Shown here one piece after another: positions 1 through 9,688 of a DNA stretch of 64,000 nt. Each line of letters starts with the position of its first letter. Positions within the stretch are counted from its first letter, which is position 1. Location: positions 1 to 64,000 of the forward strand of contig JAZGAD010000010.1 in NCBI GenBank assembly GCA_036444275.1, written 5' to 3'. A model generated the notes under the pieces. It had not been told where the DNA came from, did no database searches, and worked only from the letters and a program-made list of their open reading frames with translations. Made by a program: the position numbers and the translations under genes. This stretch comes from Candidatus Hydrothermarchaeales archaeon. GTDB taxonomy: Archaea > Hydrothermarchaeota > Hydrothermarchaeia > Hydrothermarchaeales > JAZGAD01.

Positions 1-1055
1 CCATCAGAGAGAGCTAGCAAGAGTGAGCGTGAATGATCAGCAATAGAGTATAGCCCTGCGAGGGGCAGTACTTCTTCCTTGAGTTCTTTAATGTCAACAC
101 CCATCTCGCTGGCTATGCCGTTCCAGCTATCTTCGAGGTCCGCCTCCTCTACGTCCAGCATACCTGAATATGGGAGAAACCTGCGTATTAGCTCCTCATT
201 TGGCTTAACGCCAGTCTTCTTGTACAGTTTCTCAACCACCGAGGGGAATGTCGCCTCATAGCTGGTGCTTGTAGCATAGGTGAACCATGCTGGGCGCTCC
301 TGGCCCATGCCCATATCTAAGACCTTGATGGCAAGCTCCTTGATCCCGCCGTTGCTAATTTCGTACTGCATATAGACCTGGTTCCCTATCTCTAGGCCGC
401 GGGAAAAGAACTCCATACTCGGCCCTAAGTTACCGCCTCCTGCCCATGCATCCTCGTGGAACTGCAGCTCTTCCTTTGGAATCTTCATGCCCCTGGTCAG
501 CCAGGCATATATATGGCGTAGGTATTCGTCAGGCTTGTATCTCTCAGGCGGCTCGAATGCATGCTGGCCTATCATGACAAAGCCAGTGTAATGCCTACCC
601 GTAATACCAACGTTGTCTATGTCATTGAATCTGAGACAAAACTGCGGCACAACAAGGGGATTGGCAGGTGGATCAACTTCGCCAGAGACACAGTATGGCT
701 GGAAATCATAGATCGATGCCTGAACAAAGTCAGTGTCATCCCGCCACCTGGCTACTACTGGGTAACGTGGTATGGATGTGTAGCCGAACTCGCCGAAGAG
801 CTCTGAAAAGCGCTTCCATGTTTCTATGTAATTCATCTTTGCCTTGGCTGGGGTATCCCCTATGAATGTGTAGCCCCCTGAGCAGGCCGGCTCGCCGCAT
901 ACCTCACGTTCAGCAGAAGCTGAAGCCCAGAAATAGCCCCCGCATTCAGTGCAGCGTTTCCTACTAAAGCCCTCCTCTTTCAACACTTCAACCGGGTAAT
1001 ACTTCTCTGGGTCTTCTTGGGCCTTGCGCTTGAATTCCTTCTTTATATCAGGCAT
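1..1055 (-). CDS. alaS: Alanyl-tRNA synthetase, archaeal type (5' part; runs off window start)
   Basis: Not in the ORF track. Manual minus-strand translation from ATG at 1055 gives MPDIKKEFKRKAQEDPEKYYPVEVLKEEGFSRKRCTECGGYFW...RYPVVARWRDDTDFVQASIYDFQP...PPANPLVVPQFCLRFNDIDNVGITGRH, the archaeal AlaRS signature. Confidence 0.95.
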   Translation of the reverse strand, partial: MPDIKKEFKRKAQEDPEKYYPVEVLKEEGFSRKRCTECGGYFWASASAEREVCGEPACSGGYTFIGDTPAKAKMNYIETWKRFSELFGEFGYTSIPRYPVVARWRDDTDFVQASIYDFQPYCVSGEVDPPANPLVVPQFCLRFNDIDNVGITGRHYTGFVMIGQHAFEPPERYKPDEYLRHIYAWLTRGMKIPKEELQFHEDAWAGGGNLGPSMEFFSRGLEIGNQVYMQYEISNGGIKELAIKVLDMGMGQERPAWFTYATSTSYEATFPSVVEKLYKKTGVKPNEELIRRFLPYSGMLDVEEADLEDSWNGIASEMGVDIKELKEEVLPLAGLYSIADHSRSLLLALSD

Positions 1056-1148
1056 GATAGTCGTTGAATCGGGAGGAGATTTAAGTTTTGCCCCAGTGCC
1101 TTTGCTTTGAAATACCAACTAAGCCGGTAGAGGCCTGGAGACGTAAGG

Positions 1149-2348
1149 TCACAGAAAGTAGAGTATGGTGGGGATGATTAGCACTGACATGCAGTGGCTT
1201 CTTTTAATCCCTGTTGAGGGGGCTATCAATCCGATGCTTGTGGCTGTAACCGCTATTAACATCCCTATCCAGCCCGTAAATGCTAGTATTAAAACTCCCA
1301 AAAACGCTATAGTCACTTTGGAGAAGAGGGAGTAGTCCACGCACTGAACCTTAGATACGAATATTCTGGCTAGACCAAGGGTGATGCTAGTTGCGAAGAA
1401 CGTCGTCAGCAGCACTATCGAGATAATGAATATGAAATCTGGGGTGGTGAAGTCAGTCATTATGTGTTCCACTGCTATCGAGGCACCGCTCCTCGAGGTG
1501 CCTATCAAATATAAAGCGAAGAGGGCGTAGATGGCATCTGCTGTGTTTACCCCGCCTATCGCTACGAGAAATTCCTTCTCATCATCCTTCCCAAAGATGT
1601 TCTGAATGATAAGGGCGATTTGCGAAGCTCCTATGCTTGGTAGTAGGCCAGCAAGGATGCCTCCAGCTGAGCCCATAGCGATCCCGGCAGTATAGGTGCT
1701 CTCTGAATAGATAAGTTCCTGTTTTGGTATTTTTGGATTTGCCCTCATAGATGTCAAGAGGATTGGTATGCCGAAGAGGCCAGTGAGTGTTGGGAAAAGG
1801 GCATACTTAGGTGGTAATACGTTAGAACCCAGGATGAGATACCCCAGGAAGCCTGAGTAGATGATAAGTAGAATTGAATACGTCCGTCTCTTAAGTTCCC
1901 TCTCGGTATACACCATGTAGAGAAGCACGAAGGATAGTATGTAAGGCAGGGCGCTGCGTGCATAAGAGTAGAGAACCGGTAGAATCACTATACCTACTGG
2001 AAGAACGGCACCGCTTACTACAGTGGCTCCTAAGCTGCCCAGCACAGTTAGGTGTATTGCTTCATAGCCCCGGCCCTGCAGGAGTAGGCGGTGTCCAGGC
2101 AGCACTGATAAGACACTGTCTTCCATGGGTGCCCCCAACAGGATTGATGGAATATAATCGACGAAGGTGTGGACAACGCTCATAGCGATTATTAGAGCGA
2201 TTACTCCGTGAACTGAAAATCTCTCTAGTAGGACCGGCAGGAGGGACAGGATAACTATGATTACTGTATTCACATGTATCCCGGGGGTTAAGCCAGTGAA
2301 GGTGCCTAGGACAACGCCTATAACAACGAATATTAAGGAATCGAGCAT
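1149..2348 (-). CDS. TctA-family (tripartite tricarboxylate transporter-like, DUF112) membrane protein
   Basis: Polytopic protein with GTFTGLTPGIHVN, HTFVDYIPSILLGAP and SVLPGHRLLLQGRG motifs. Confidence 0.85.
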   Translation of the reverse strand: MLDSLIFVVIGVVLGTFTGLTPGIHVNTVIIVILSLLPVLLERFSVHGVIALIIAMSVVHTFVDYIPSILLGAPMEDSVLSVLPGHRLLLQGRGYEAIHLTVLGSLGATVVSGAVLPVGIVILPVLYSYARSALPYILSFVLLYMVYTERELKRRTYSILLIIYSGFLGYLILGSNVLPPKYALFPTLTGLFGIPILLTSMRANPKIPKQELIYSESTYTAGIAMGSAGGILAGLLPSIGASQIALIIQNIFGKDDEKEFLVAIGGVNTADAIYALFALYLIGTSRSGASIAVEHIMTDFTTPDFIFIISIVLLTTFFATSITLGLARIFVSKVQCVDYSLFSKVTIAFLGVLILAFTGWIGMLIAVTATSIGLIAPSTGIKRSHCMSVLIIPTILYFL

Positions 2349-2728
2349 TTCACCCCCTCCCCCTTTCGTGGCACGACCTCTAGAGTGCCTCGATATTCAT
2401 CCACGCTGCCAGCTATAGACACCTTGTTCCCCTCGTTAAGGCATCCTAGTTCTTCCTCCCCTAAGGAGCGAGCTGCATCAGCGAAAAGCACTACAGATAT
2501 TTTCCCAGTGGCATCCTCTACTTCCAAAAAAATGTGACCGTCTTCATGGACCCTTTTAGAGGATATCATGCCCTCTATCACTACCTTGCTCCCTACGTCG
2601 TCATAGTCGATCTCAGAAATCTTTATCGTTGTCGCTTGTATCTGCGAAGATACTACTACGAGGAGAAGCAGGCCGACAGTAGATACAGCAAAGGATATCC
2701 TCAATAGAGCCGAGTCATCCATCCTCAT
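2333..2728 (-). CDS. Membrane-anchored OB-fold protein
   Basis: N-terminal TM helix followed by an OB-fold pattern (V.IEG.I...GHIFLEVEDATGKISVVLF...V.IAG.VDEYRG.LEV). Confidence 0.75.
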   Translation of the reverse strand: MRMDDSALLRISFAVSTVGLLLLVVVSSQIQATTIKISEIDYDDVGSKVVIEGMISSKRVHEDGHIFLEVEDATGKISVVLFADAARSLGEEELGCLNEGNKVSIAGSVDEYRGTLEVVPRKGEGVKCSIP

Positions 2729-2778
2729 TTTTCTCCCCCAGTATCTCTCTTCCCTATCCCATTTTATTTCAGTATATA

Positions 2779-3543
2779 TTAGCCTTTCTCATGCTTCTTC
2801 CCTTCTTTTAAACCCAGCACTTGGGTGGCGCTGCTGCCCCTAAGATTCAAGAAGCTCTTCTCCACTCCGAGCTTTACCACGTCGCCCTCGCCAGCCTTCA
2901 CATCGTTTTTGAATAGAAGGACCCCGGGCTTCACACTGGCACAGATATCATAGTTTACCTTGACCGTCATAGGGTCGCCTCCAGCTATCACTTTTCCATA
3001 GGTGTAGTCCCGCGCGTATCTCTTCTTAAAGAAAGTAGAGAACAGGGCAATATAGACAAGGGAAATCACTACGAGATGTATGTAAGGAAAGGCGAAGTCC
3101 AGAGTCGGCTTTACCCGCTTCACCAGTACCAAGAGTATAGAGATTCCTAGGTAGGAAAGGAAGAAATCCCGGTAGGCCTCGAATTCCTCGAAGTACTCCT
3201 TCAAGGAGAAAGTTAGAAGAAGGGAGTATACCACGAGGAGCACACCTAGGACTGCAAAAGGAATTGAAGTAAGGAAATCAAAGATGAAGAGGACTACCAG
3301 TATAAGGAATGCTAAGACAACTGCTTGAACTTTGAGGACCATGTAATCCCTGAGTTCTATCCCTCTCTTCTGCAGGATGGAATAGATGACAGGTCTTTGA
3401 AGCACTTGGTTAACCCTCTTTAGAAATTCAATGAGCTTGATCAGGACACCGATGATGTAGTATACAACCTTGTTCAATACTCTAAGTGCTGCTTCCCCCA
3501 AGTCCTCTAAGAGTCCCATGTATCTCGCCTTTATCAAAGGCAA
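2779..3543 (-). CDS. Archaeal membrane protein (DUF2101-like)
   Basis: Several TM segments; AYRDFFLSY and RDYTYG motifs. Confidence 0.6.
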   Translation of the reverse strand: MPLIKARYMGLLEDLGEAALRVLNKVVYYIIGVLIKLIEFLKRVNQVLQRPVIYSILQKRGIELRDYMVLKVQAVVLAFLILVVLFIFDFLTSIPFAVLGVLLVVYSLLLTFSLKEYFEEFEAYRDFFLSYLGISILLVLVKRVKPTLDFAFPYIHLVVISLVYIALFSTFFKKRYARDYTYGKVIAGGDPMTVKVNYDICASVKPGVLLFKNDVKAGEGDVVKLGVEKSFLNLRGSSATQVLGLKEGKKHEKG

Positions 3544-3728
3544 TATAAAAAGTTTGTTTTGCTTGTCTCTATTTTTAAGCGCGCTTCAAGGTTTGCAATA
3601 TACCGAACGAGGATTTACTATTCAGTCCCGGAATATTTATGCCATTTTTGAAGTGTAAACCTTACTGTGCATATATGTAAACTAAACAGATATTATCTAC
3701 CAAACCCTAAGAAAATAAAGGGTTGTAG

Positions 3729-4304
3729 ATGGGCAGGCTAGCTAGGATCATTATATTTTTGATAGTCGGAGCATTCGTTCTCACCTACGCTGGATACACT
3801 ACGGTGCTTGCTGAAAAAACACCCCGCTATGGAAAGCATCTAGGAGAATTAAAGAACCTAGAGATAAGTGTGGTGTATACAGACCCGTACTTTTACACAG
3901 AAGAGGGGCTAGCGGGCTATTATATCTCCCTGCCGATGACCTACGAAATACACATCAAAAACAATGGGAAGTCAACCTTTAAGCACTTGGACATAACTGC
4001 TATTCATGAGTACTACGAGTCTGGAACATGCGATCGATGGTGGTATCCTTATCCGCGGGAAGTAACCTATGCTAAGGGCGAGCCCCTGCCAGGGGATGCC
4101 ACTGAGGTCTGGGAGGATATAACCCTTGAAAGGGGAGAAGAGATCGTTTTAAAGGACAGCTACATCCCAACTCTAGCTACGTGCGATGGGCTAGACCAAA
4201 CCCATTTGATCATAAAACACACTAATAAGGGCCGTGAAACAGCTGCTGTAATGTACTACGAGCCAGAAGCTGGCGTGTTTTGTCCACCTCCACCAGAAGA
4301 ATAG
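3729..4304 (+). CDS. Secreted or membrane-anchored hypothetical protein
   Basis: 191-aa ORF with a signal-like N-terminus and beta-rich body. Confidence 0.65.
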   Translation: MGRLARIIIFLIVGAFVLTYAGYTTVLAEKTPRYGKHLGELKNLEISVVYTDPYFYTEEGLAGYYISLPMTYEIHIKNNGKSTFKHLDITAIHEYYESGTCDRWWYPYPREVTYAKGEPLPGDATEVWEDITLERGEEIVLKDSYIPTLATCDGLDQTHLIIKHTNKGRETAAVMYYEPEAGVFCPPPPEE

Positions 4305-4310
4305 ACTTTA

Positions 4311-4327
4311 AGCCGCCGGTGGGATTC
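4311..4327 (-). repeat. 17-bp copy of the tRNA-Thr 3' end (att-like direct repeat)
   Basis: AGCCGCCGGTGGGATTC at 4311-4327 is identical to 5359-5375. Confidence 0.85.
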
Positions 4328-4388
4328 TCAAGCGGAGGGTTAAATCCTCCATATGGGAGATCCTATATTCTAGACATTGTGGATATAG

Positions 4389-5300
4389 CTAACCAGAAAC
4401 CCTACGAATGTATTCTTTAAGCGCCCTCTTTGTGGAATGCCAAGTTCTATTAATTTTTGCCCCATCCAACGCGCCCTGCCGCGCCCTAAGGCTCAAATAT
4501 TCCTGGGAATAGGGAGTTTCCTTGGTGAGCACCTTTAATGGCAGTAACTCATCCTCGCCTCCGAATATCGATAGGTATTTCATCAAAGATTCATCGCTTG
4601 CCCTGGCAATAAAGTTAGCAAAGGGTTTGAGATTTCCTCCATCAGCGCTCCTCAGACATCTATAATACTTCGCCCGATCTTCCTTTCTTAGAACTATGGG
4701 CGGATAACCATTTCTTATCAAAAATAGGTTGGTTAGAAGCCTTGCAACTCTTCCATTTCCGTCTATGAAAGGATGAATCTCTACAAACCTGTGATGTAAA
4801 TACGCTGCCTTCTGGAGGGGATGTGCCTCTATTTTTTTAAGATCTTCCAAAAGGTCTTCTATGTGCCCTGGGACTTTGGTGAACCCGGGAGGTGTTTTTA
4901 TTGCCCCAGTTATTCTCACGTTTTTTGTTCTGTATTTCCCTGTGTCTTCGATTAACCCTATTGTTACTGCCTCGTGAATTTGCTGTAGGATGGTGTGACT
5001 TATCTCCTTTTCTTTGGCCAGTCCTTCTATCAAATCATACGCCATCGATGTGTTTCTAGCCTCTAAATATTCTTTAAGGGACTTGCCTCCAACTGTTATA
5101 CCTTCCTCGATTACTAGTTTGGTTTCGGAGAGGGTGAGTGTATTTCCCTCGATGGCGTTAGAATGGTAGGTGTGATGCAACCTGAATTCTTCTTGCAATC
5201 TTTTTAGCGCATCTTTAGGGAGGGGTCTCCTGGCATCAAGCTGCTCCTTCTTTTTTTCGATCCTCTCCAGTAGGACTACATTAATATCGGTATCGGCCAT
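4389..5300 (-). CDS. Fic-domain protein with C-terminal HTH-like extension
   Basis: Canonical HPFIDGNGRVAR motif, N-terminal inhibitory-type SNAIEGN motif, and C-terminal TPYSQEYLSLRARQG..KINRTWHST. Confidence 0.95.
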   Translation of the reverse strand: MADTDINVVLLERIEKKKEQLDARRPLPKDALKRLQEEFRLHHTYHSNAIEGNTLTLSETKLVIEEGITVGGKSLKEYLEARNTSMAYDLIEGLAKEKEISHTILQQIHEAVTIGLIEDTGKYRTKNVRITGAIKTPPGFTKVPGHIEDLLEDLKKIEAHPLQKAAYLHHRFVEIHPFIDGNGRVARLLTNLFLIRNGYPPIVLRKEDRAKYYRCLRSADGGNLKPFANFIARASDESLMKYLSIFGGEDELLPLKVLTKETPYSQEYLSLRARQGALDGAKINRTWHSTKRALKEYIRRVSG

Positions 5301-5322
5301 ATTTTAGAAGAACCGATATTAA
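5281..5322. promoter_or_regulatory. 11-bp inverted repeat straddling the fic start codon (candidate operator)
   Basis: TTAATATCGGT (5281-5291) and ACCGATATTAA (5312-5322). Confidence 0.5.
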
Positions 5323-5358
5323 CATCTGCAGAGCTCCTGCAAACAAAAAATTAAAAAG

Positions 5359-5432
5359 AGCCGCCGGTGGGATTCGAGCCCACGACATCCTGTTTACGAG
5401 ACAGGCACTCTAGCCAGCTGAGTTACGGCGGC
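5359..5432 (-). tRNA. tRNA-Thr(CGT)
   Basis: Reverse complement folds as a cloverleaf: acceptor GCCGCCG/CGGCGGC, anticodon arm CCTGT-CT CGT AA-ACAGG, T arm GTGGG-CTCGAAT-CCCAC. No encoded CCA. Confidence 0.93.
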
Positions 5433-5491
5433 AGCATCAACTCAATCATATCTTACCTCATAATTTTAAATAACTTAGCCCCCTACTCTAA

Positions 5492-6757
5492 TTGATGCTT
5501 CTTAAGAACTGTAAAATCATTACTGCCAAAGATATCATTTCAGCCAATATTCTCATCGAAGATGGAAAGATAGTAAAGATCGGGCGAGGGTTGAAGGATA
5601 AAGAGGTAATAAATGTAAAGGGCAAGCCTGTTATTCCTGGCCTGGTCGACGTGCATGTGCATATGCGTGACTTCCAGCAGCGTTACAAGGAGGATTTCTT
5701 TTCAGGTAGTAAAGCAGCCCTAGCAGGAGGCGTTACAACCTTCGTGGACATGCCTAATACGCTTCCCCCGATAACAGACGAGAGGACCTTCCAACGTAGA
5801 TTGAAGGAGGCAGGTGCAAAATCCGTTGCTGACTTCGGCATAAACTTCGGAATCACCTCTGCTAACTTGGATGAGATGGAAAAAGTAGACCCAGTAGCAT
5901 ACAAGATCTACATGGATCGAACTCTAGGCGAGATAGGCGACGAAGTACTGGAGGAGGCCATGAGTAGATGCAATGGAAAGATGGCCTTCCACGCTGAAGA
6001 GGGTGCAATGATTCCTGACAAGCTCTTGGAGGAATTTCTGGATCATGCGAGAGTTAGAGGCCCGGAAGTAGAAGAAGCAGCGGTCAGAAAGACCAGCGAG
6101 CTAGCAAAGAGTATGAAGAGGCAGGTGCACCTATGCCATCTATCGCTGGGCAGCTCTCTTGAGTATCTCAACGAGTACACCACCTGCGAGGTCACGCCTC
6201 ATCACCTCTTCCTCACGGAGGCATGCCTAAAAGAGATGGAGGGACTGGCAAAGACGAACCCACCCTTAAGAAGCGAGAAGGATGTGAAGACGCTGCTAGT
6301 TGCGTTGAAAGAGGGGAAAATAGACATCGTCGCCAGCGACCATGCACCCCACGAAGCGTCAGAGAAAGAAGCCGGTCCTGCTGAGGCGCCTCCGGGTGCC
6401 CCCAACTTGGAGGTGATGCTGAGGCTCCTATTAACACTGGTGAACAAGAGGGTTATAACCATAAATCGACTGGTTGAGGTTGCATGCGAAAACCCTGCTG
6501 AGATATTTGGCATCAAAAAGGGCAGAATAGAGGTTGGAATGGATGCAGATCTTGTCGTCTTGAACTTGAAGGCGAGAGGCAGAATCGAGGGAGACGAGTT
6601 CTTCTCAAAGGCGAAGTACACTCCATTCGAGGGTTGGAAAGTGACAGGCAATGTAGAGAAGGTGATTCTCCGCGGGGAGGTGGCCTACGAGGACGGGGAT
6701 ATATGCGTGAAAAGGGGCTATGGGGAACCAGTAACTAAAGAAGATAGGATAAAATAA
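5492..6757 (+). CDS. pyrC: Dihydroorotase
   Basis: PGLVDVHVHMR, AALAGGVTT..DMPNT.P, CEVTPHHL, NPPLR and SDHAPH motifs. Confidence 0.9.
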   Translation: MMLLKNCKIITAKDIISANILIEDGKIVKIGRGLKDKEVINVKGKPVIPGLVDVHVHMRDFQQRYKEDFFSGSKAALAGGVTTFVDMPNTLPPITDERTFQRRLKEAGAKSVADFGINFGITSANLDEMEKVDPVAYKIYMDRTLGEIGDEVLEEAMSRCNGKMAFHAEEGAMIPDKLLEEFLDHARVRGPEVEEAAVRKTSELAKSMKRQVHLCHLSLGSSLEYLNEYTTCEVTPHHLFLTEACLKEMEGLAKTNPPLRSEKDVKTLLVALKEGKIDIVASDHAPHEASEKEAGPAEAPPGAPNLEVMLRLLLTLVNKRVITINRLVEVACENPAEIFGIKKGRIEVGMDADLVVLNLKARGRIEGDEFFSKAKYTPFEGWKVTGNVEKVILRGEVAYEDGDICVKRGYGEPVTKEDRIK

Positions 6758-6823
6758 GATAACGAAACGGCGAACTATTTACGACACGTTATATTTTTGT
6801 AGTATGTGTGGAAAGAGGAAGGC

Positions 6824-6976
6824 ATGGAATACGAATATTCAATTATAAACATGGTTGCCATGAAGGAGAAAGGAATGATAGCTCAAGAGGGCCTCCTAAA
6901 CAAGGCTGGAAAGGAGGGCTGGGAGCTGGCTGGCATTGATGGCGAACTCTACATATTCAAGCGAAAATTAGAATAG
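6824..6976 (+). CDS. Small DUF4177-like protein (50 aa)
   Basis: Manual translation MEYEYSIINMVAMKEKGMIAQEGLLNKAGKEGWELAGIDGELYIFKRKLE; LN..G.EGWEL...YIFKR pattern; purine-rich RBS upstream. Confidence 0.75.
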   Translation: MEYEYSIINMVAMKEKGMIAQEGLLNKAGKEGWELAGIDGELYIFKRKLE

Positions 6977-7035
6977 CACTGTGATACTATTCTCCCCTCC
7001 CAGAACCTGAAGTCAAACAGCTTAATTTAATTTAA

Positions 7036-7242
7036 TTAAAACTTCTTCTTAGCCAGTTTCACGTCCACAGCTTTTACAGTTTTCCTTCCAGCATGCCTGG
7101 CGTAGTCCCCTGCTTCTTTAGAGATCTGTGCTCCGATTTCTTCTAGAACAGAAGCCATCTCTTGAGCTGCATCGTTTCCAACTCTCAATCCAGTGGCATC
7201 CCTTATTATCCTATCTGCTGCTGCTAATGGTACATCTCCCAT
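7036..7242 (-). CDS. Archaeal histone (HMf/HpyA family)
   Basis: 68 aa; P.AA.DRIIR...G.RV..DA...and ARHAGRKTVKAVDVKLA. Confidence 0.95.
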   Translation of the reverse strand: MGDVPLAAADRIIRDATGLRVGNDAAQEMASVLEEIGAQISKEAGDYARHAGRKTVKAVDVKLAKKKF

Positions 7243-7299
7243 ATATCATCACCGCATCTACCTTCATCCTGCTCTAATATAAAGTTTTCGAATCCAAAA

Positions 7300-8175
7300 C
7301 TAGCTGATTTTCAGGGTTCTAACCAATTTTTCGGCTGGGACAATATTCAGGTTCAAACCAAGTCTCCTCGGGTCAATGCCGAAGGCTAGGCCCATAAGTT
7401 GTGTGAAATAGACTACTGGCATGTTTATTTTCTCATTATAAGCCTTCTCTATGTCCATCTGCTTTGCGTCTAGGGTCATGTTGCACTGTGGGCAAGGTGT
7501 GGCTATGCAGTCAGCACCCAGTGCCTTGGCCTTGCTCAAGAGGTCGTAGCTCAGCTTCAACATTACCTCCTCATTGGTCACTATTATAGTGCCTCCGCAA
7601 CACTTCGTCTTCATATCCCAATCTACTACCTCAGCTCCAAGTGCTGAGAGCAACTTATCCATGGACGTGGGATTTTCAGGGCTGTCGAACTGCTCTTTCC
7701 TAGGTGGCCTAAGGAGGAAGCAACCGTAGTAGGGGATGACCTTCAAGTTAAGTGGGTTGGTAACCATTGAAGAGATCTTCTCCAGTCCGATGTCATTCAC
7801 AAGGATATCAAGGATGTGCTTTACTTGGGTTGTACCCTTGTATTCCAAGCCGGTTCCTTCAAAGGCGCGGTTGATGTTGTTCTTAAGCTCTGGGTCTTCG
7901 GAGGTGGACTCGCCTACCTTCCAGAGGTTATAGTAGCATACTGGACAGGGCGTGGTGATGTCTAAGCCTTCTTTCTCAGCTATAGCAAGGTTTCTAGCAG
8001 GCAGAGCGAAAGAGAGCAGGTGATTAATATTATACACCGCAGAGGCACCGCAACAGCTCCAGTCATCGAGCTCCACAAGTTCTACACCCAGCGCTTTGAA
8101 TACCTCTCTCGTAGATATGTCGTATTCCTTGGCAGAGGAAGGTAATACGCAGCCTGGATAATAGCCGAACTTCAT
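7300..8175 (-). CDS. hdrB: Heterodisulfide reductase subunit B
   Basis: Two CCG domains: YYPGC..WSCCG..TPCPVC and YYGC..KCCGG..TPCPQC. Confidence 0.92.
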   Translation of the reverse strand: MKFGYYPGCVLPSSAKEYDISTREVFKALGVELVELDDWSCCGASAVYNINHLLSFALPARNLAIAEKEGLDITTPCPVCYYNLWKVGESTSEDPELKNNINRAFEGTGLEYKGTTQVKHILDILVNDIGLEKISSMVTNPLNLKVIPYYGCFLLRPPRKEQFDSPENPTSMDKLLSALGAEVVDWDMKTKCCGGTIIVTNEEVMLKLSYDLLSKAKALGADCIATPCPQCNMTLDAKQMDIEKAYNEKINMPVVYFTQLMGLAFGIDPRRLGLNLNIVPAEKLVRTLKIS

Positions 8176-8825
8176 TTCTCGGCCTCCATCTCTATTTTCC
8201 GCACGTTTTCAGATATCCTCTGCAATTGAGCTATGCCCTTGATTTTGTGTGGCATGATCTCCATCTTACCCTTCTTGATCAGCTTCAGTCCTAGGGGCAT
8301 GTCCTTCATTAACCGTTTTATCGTGCCTATCACTGCACCTATAGCTAACGCTGGATTGAAGATTTTTCTCCAAGTGAATTTCGTTGGCGTAGGCCAGAAT
8401 TCACTCCGCAGAACGAATTTAAGCATGAGCATTGCTTCAAACAGCCTTCCATTCCCCTTGGCGATCTCAGTGAAAGACATATAGAAGGCTGGCCCCATCG
8501 GATTCTTGGGGGGAACCCCCTCTTTTATCGCTATGGATTTTATGGCACTCATTATGTGGGAGAGCTCCACACCCCTAGGGCACCTAGTGGTGCAAGTCTG
8601 GCAGGCTGCACATGTCCAGATGGTACCACTCTGTAGTACTTCTTTACGCATCCCCAGCTCCACCATGCGGAGGGTCTGCCTTGGGGTGTAGTCCATAGCA
8701 TATGCAACTGGACAGCCGCCGCTGCAAGTGCCACACTCAAAACATACCTGAGCGTTCTTGCCCCCCGCCTTGATCACTTCTTGGATAAAGTTAGGGTCAC
8801 AGTCTTTCAATAGCACCTGTTCCAA
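8172..8825 (-). CDS. hdrC: Heterodisulfide reductase subunit C
   Basis: Two 4Fe-4S motifs (CFECGTCSGGCP, CAACQTCTTRCP); overlaps hdrB. Confidence 0.9.
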   Translation of the reverse strand: MEQVLLKDCDPNFIQEVIKAGGKNAQVCFECGTCSGGCPVAYAMDYTPRQTLRMVELGMRKEVLQSGTIWTCAACQTCTTRCPRGVELSHIMSAIKSIAIKEGVPPKNPMGPAFYMSFTEIAKGNGRLFEAMLMLKFVLRSEFWPTPTKFTWRKIFNPALAIGAVIGTIKRLMKDMPLGLKLIKKGKMEIMPHKIKGIAQLQRISENVRKIEMEAEK

Positions 8826-8966
8826 GGACGGTCCTCCTTTTGGAGATTTAGAGGAATTTTGTCATTTGAAATACTTATTGAAAAGCAAGAAATTAGTGTA
8901 TGAACCGGCGCCGCTGACTTACTATTAAGCGGTAATGGATCATACTGGGTATTCTCAACTCCCGGA

Positions 8967-9440
8967 TTGGCAACTCCAAATTCAAAAATAATAAATACTC
9001 CCTCTTATAAACTAAAGATAATGATTAAAGCTTTTAACATCATGACTAAGGATGTTGTTTCTGTATCCTCAAATATTTCTCCAAAGGAGGCAGCTTCACT
9101 CATGCTGGAAAAAGGAGTAGGTAGCTTAATCGTAGAGAAAGGGGGAAAGACTGCCGGGGTAGTCACAAATAGGGACTTCGTCAAGCTCACAGCAGTGGAC
9201 GAGGAGGCAAGCCGGGTAGGGGATATAATGTCTACCCCCGCTATAAAGGTGCATGCAGACTCAGAACTCATAGAGGTCCTAAAGGTGATGGCGAATAAGA
9301 AGATCAAACACGTTTTAGTCGCAGATGGAAGCCAGATTATGGGCGTTATAACCCTAAAAGACCTGGTTGTCAGTGCCCCGGAGTTCATCCTTAGCTACGT
9401 CATGGAGAAGCTCACAGACTTTGATATCCCTCAGCTTTAG
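8967..9440 (+). CDS. CBS-domain pair protein (true start probably ~9021)
   Basis: Two CBS repeats (IMTKDVVSV...GVVTNRD; IMSTPAIKV...GVITLKD). Confidence 0.85.
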   Translation: MATPNSKIINTPSYKLKIMIKAFNIMTKDVVSVSSNISPKEAASLMLEKGVGSLIVEKGGKTAGVVTNRDFVKLTAVDEEASRVGDIMSTPAIKVHADSELIEVLKVMANKKIKHVLVADGSQIMGVITLKDLVVSAPEFILSYVMEKLTDFDIPQL

Positions 9441-9688
9441 TATTACTCTAGGAACTTTTTCATATCCACACTAAATTGCAATGCACATTACATGCAGAGC
9501 AGAAGACCTGAAGATGGGTATAATTGCTGGCACTAGCGAACCAGCGGCAAAAGGTTTAAATCATACCGCGGAAGAGGTTATGCGGGAACTGGAAGGAAGA
9601 GGCATCGAGATAATACGGCGTTGAGGCTCAAAGAGAGCACTAAAAATGAGGTAATTCTGGTAGGCAGATACCTAGTGGAGGATTAGCA

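Noticed and set aside
79-865. Short plus-strand ORFs (79-261, 561-806, 668-865)
   Set aside because: They are antisense shadows of alaS, which the track missed because it runs off the window.
7300-8825. hdrBC, corrinoid protein and CbiA/CfbB-like gene taken as proof of methanogenesis
   Set aside because: All occur in non-methanogenic anaerobic archaea; no mcr or mtr genes are in the window.
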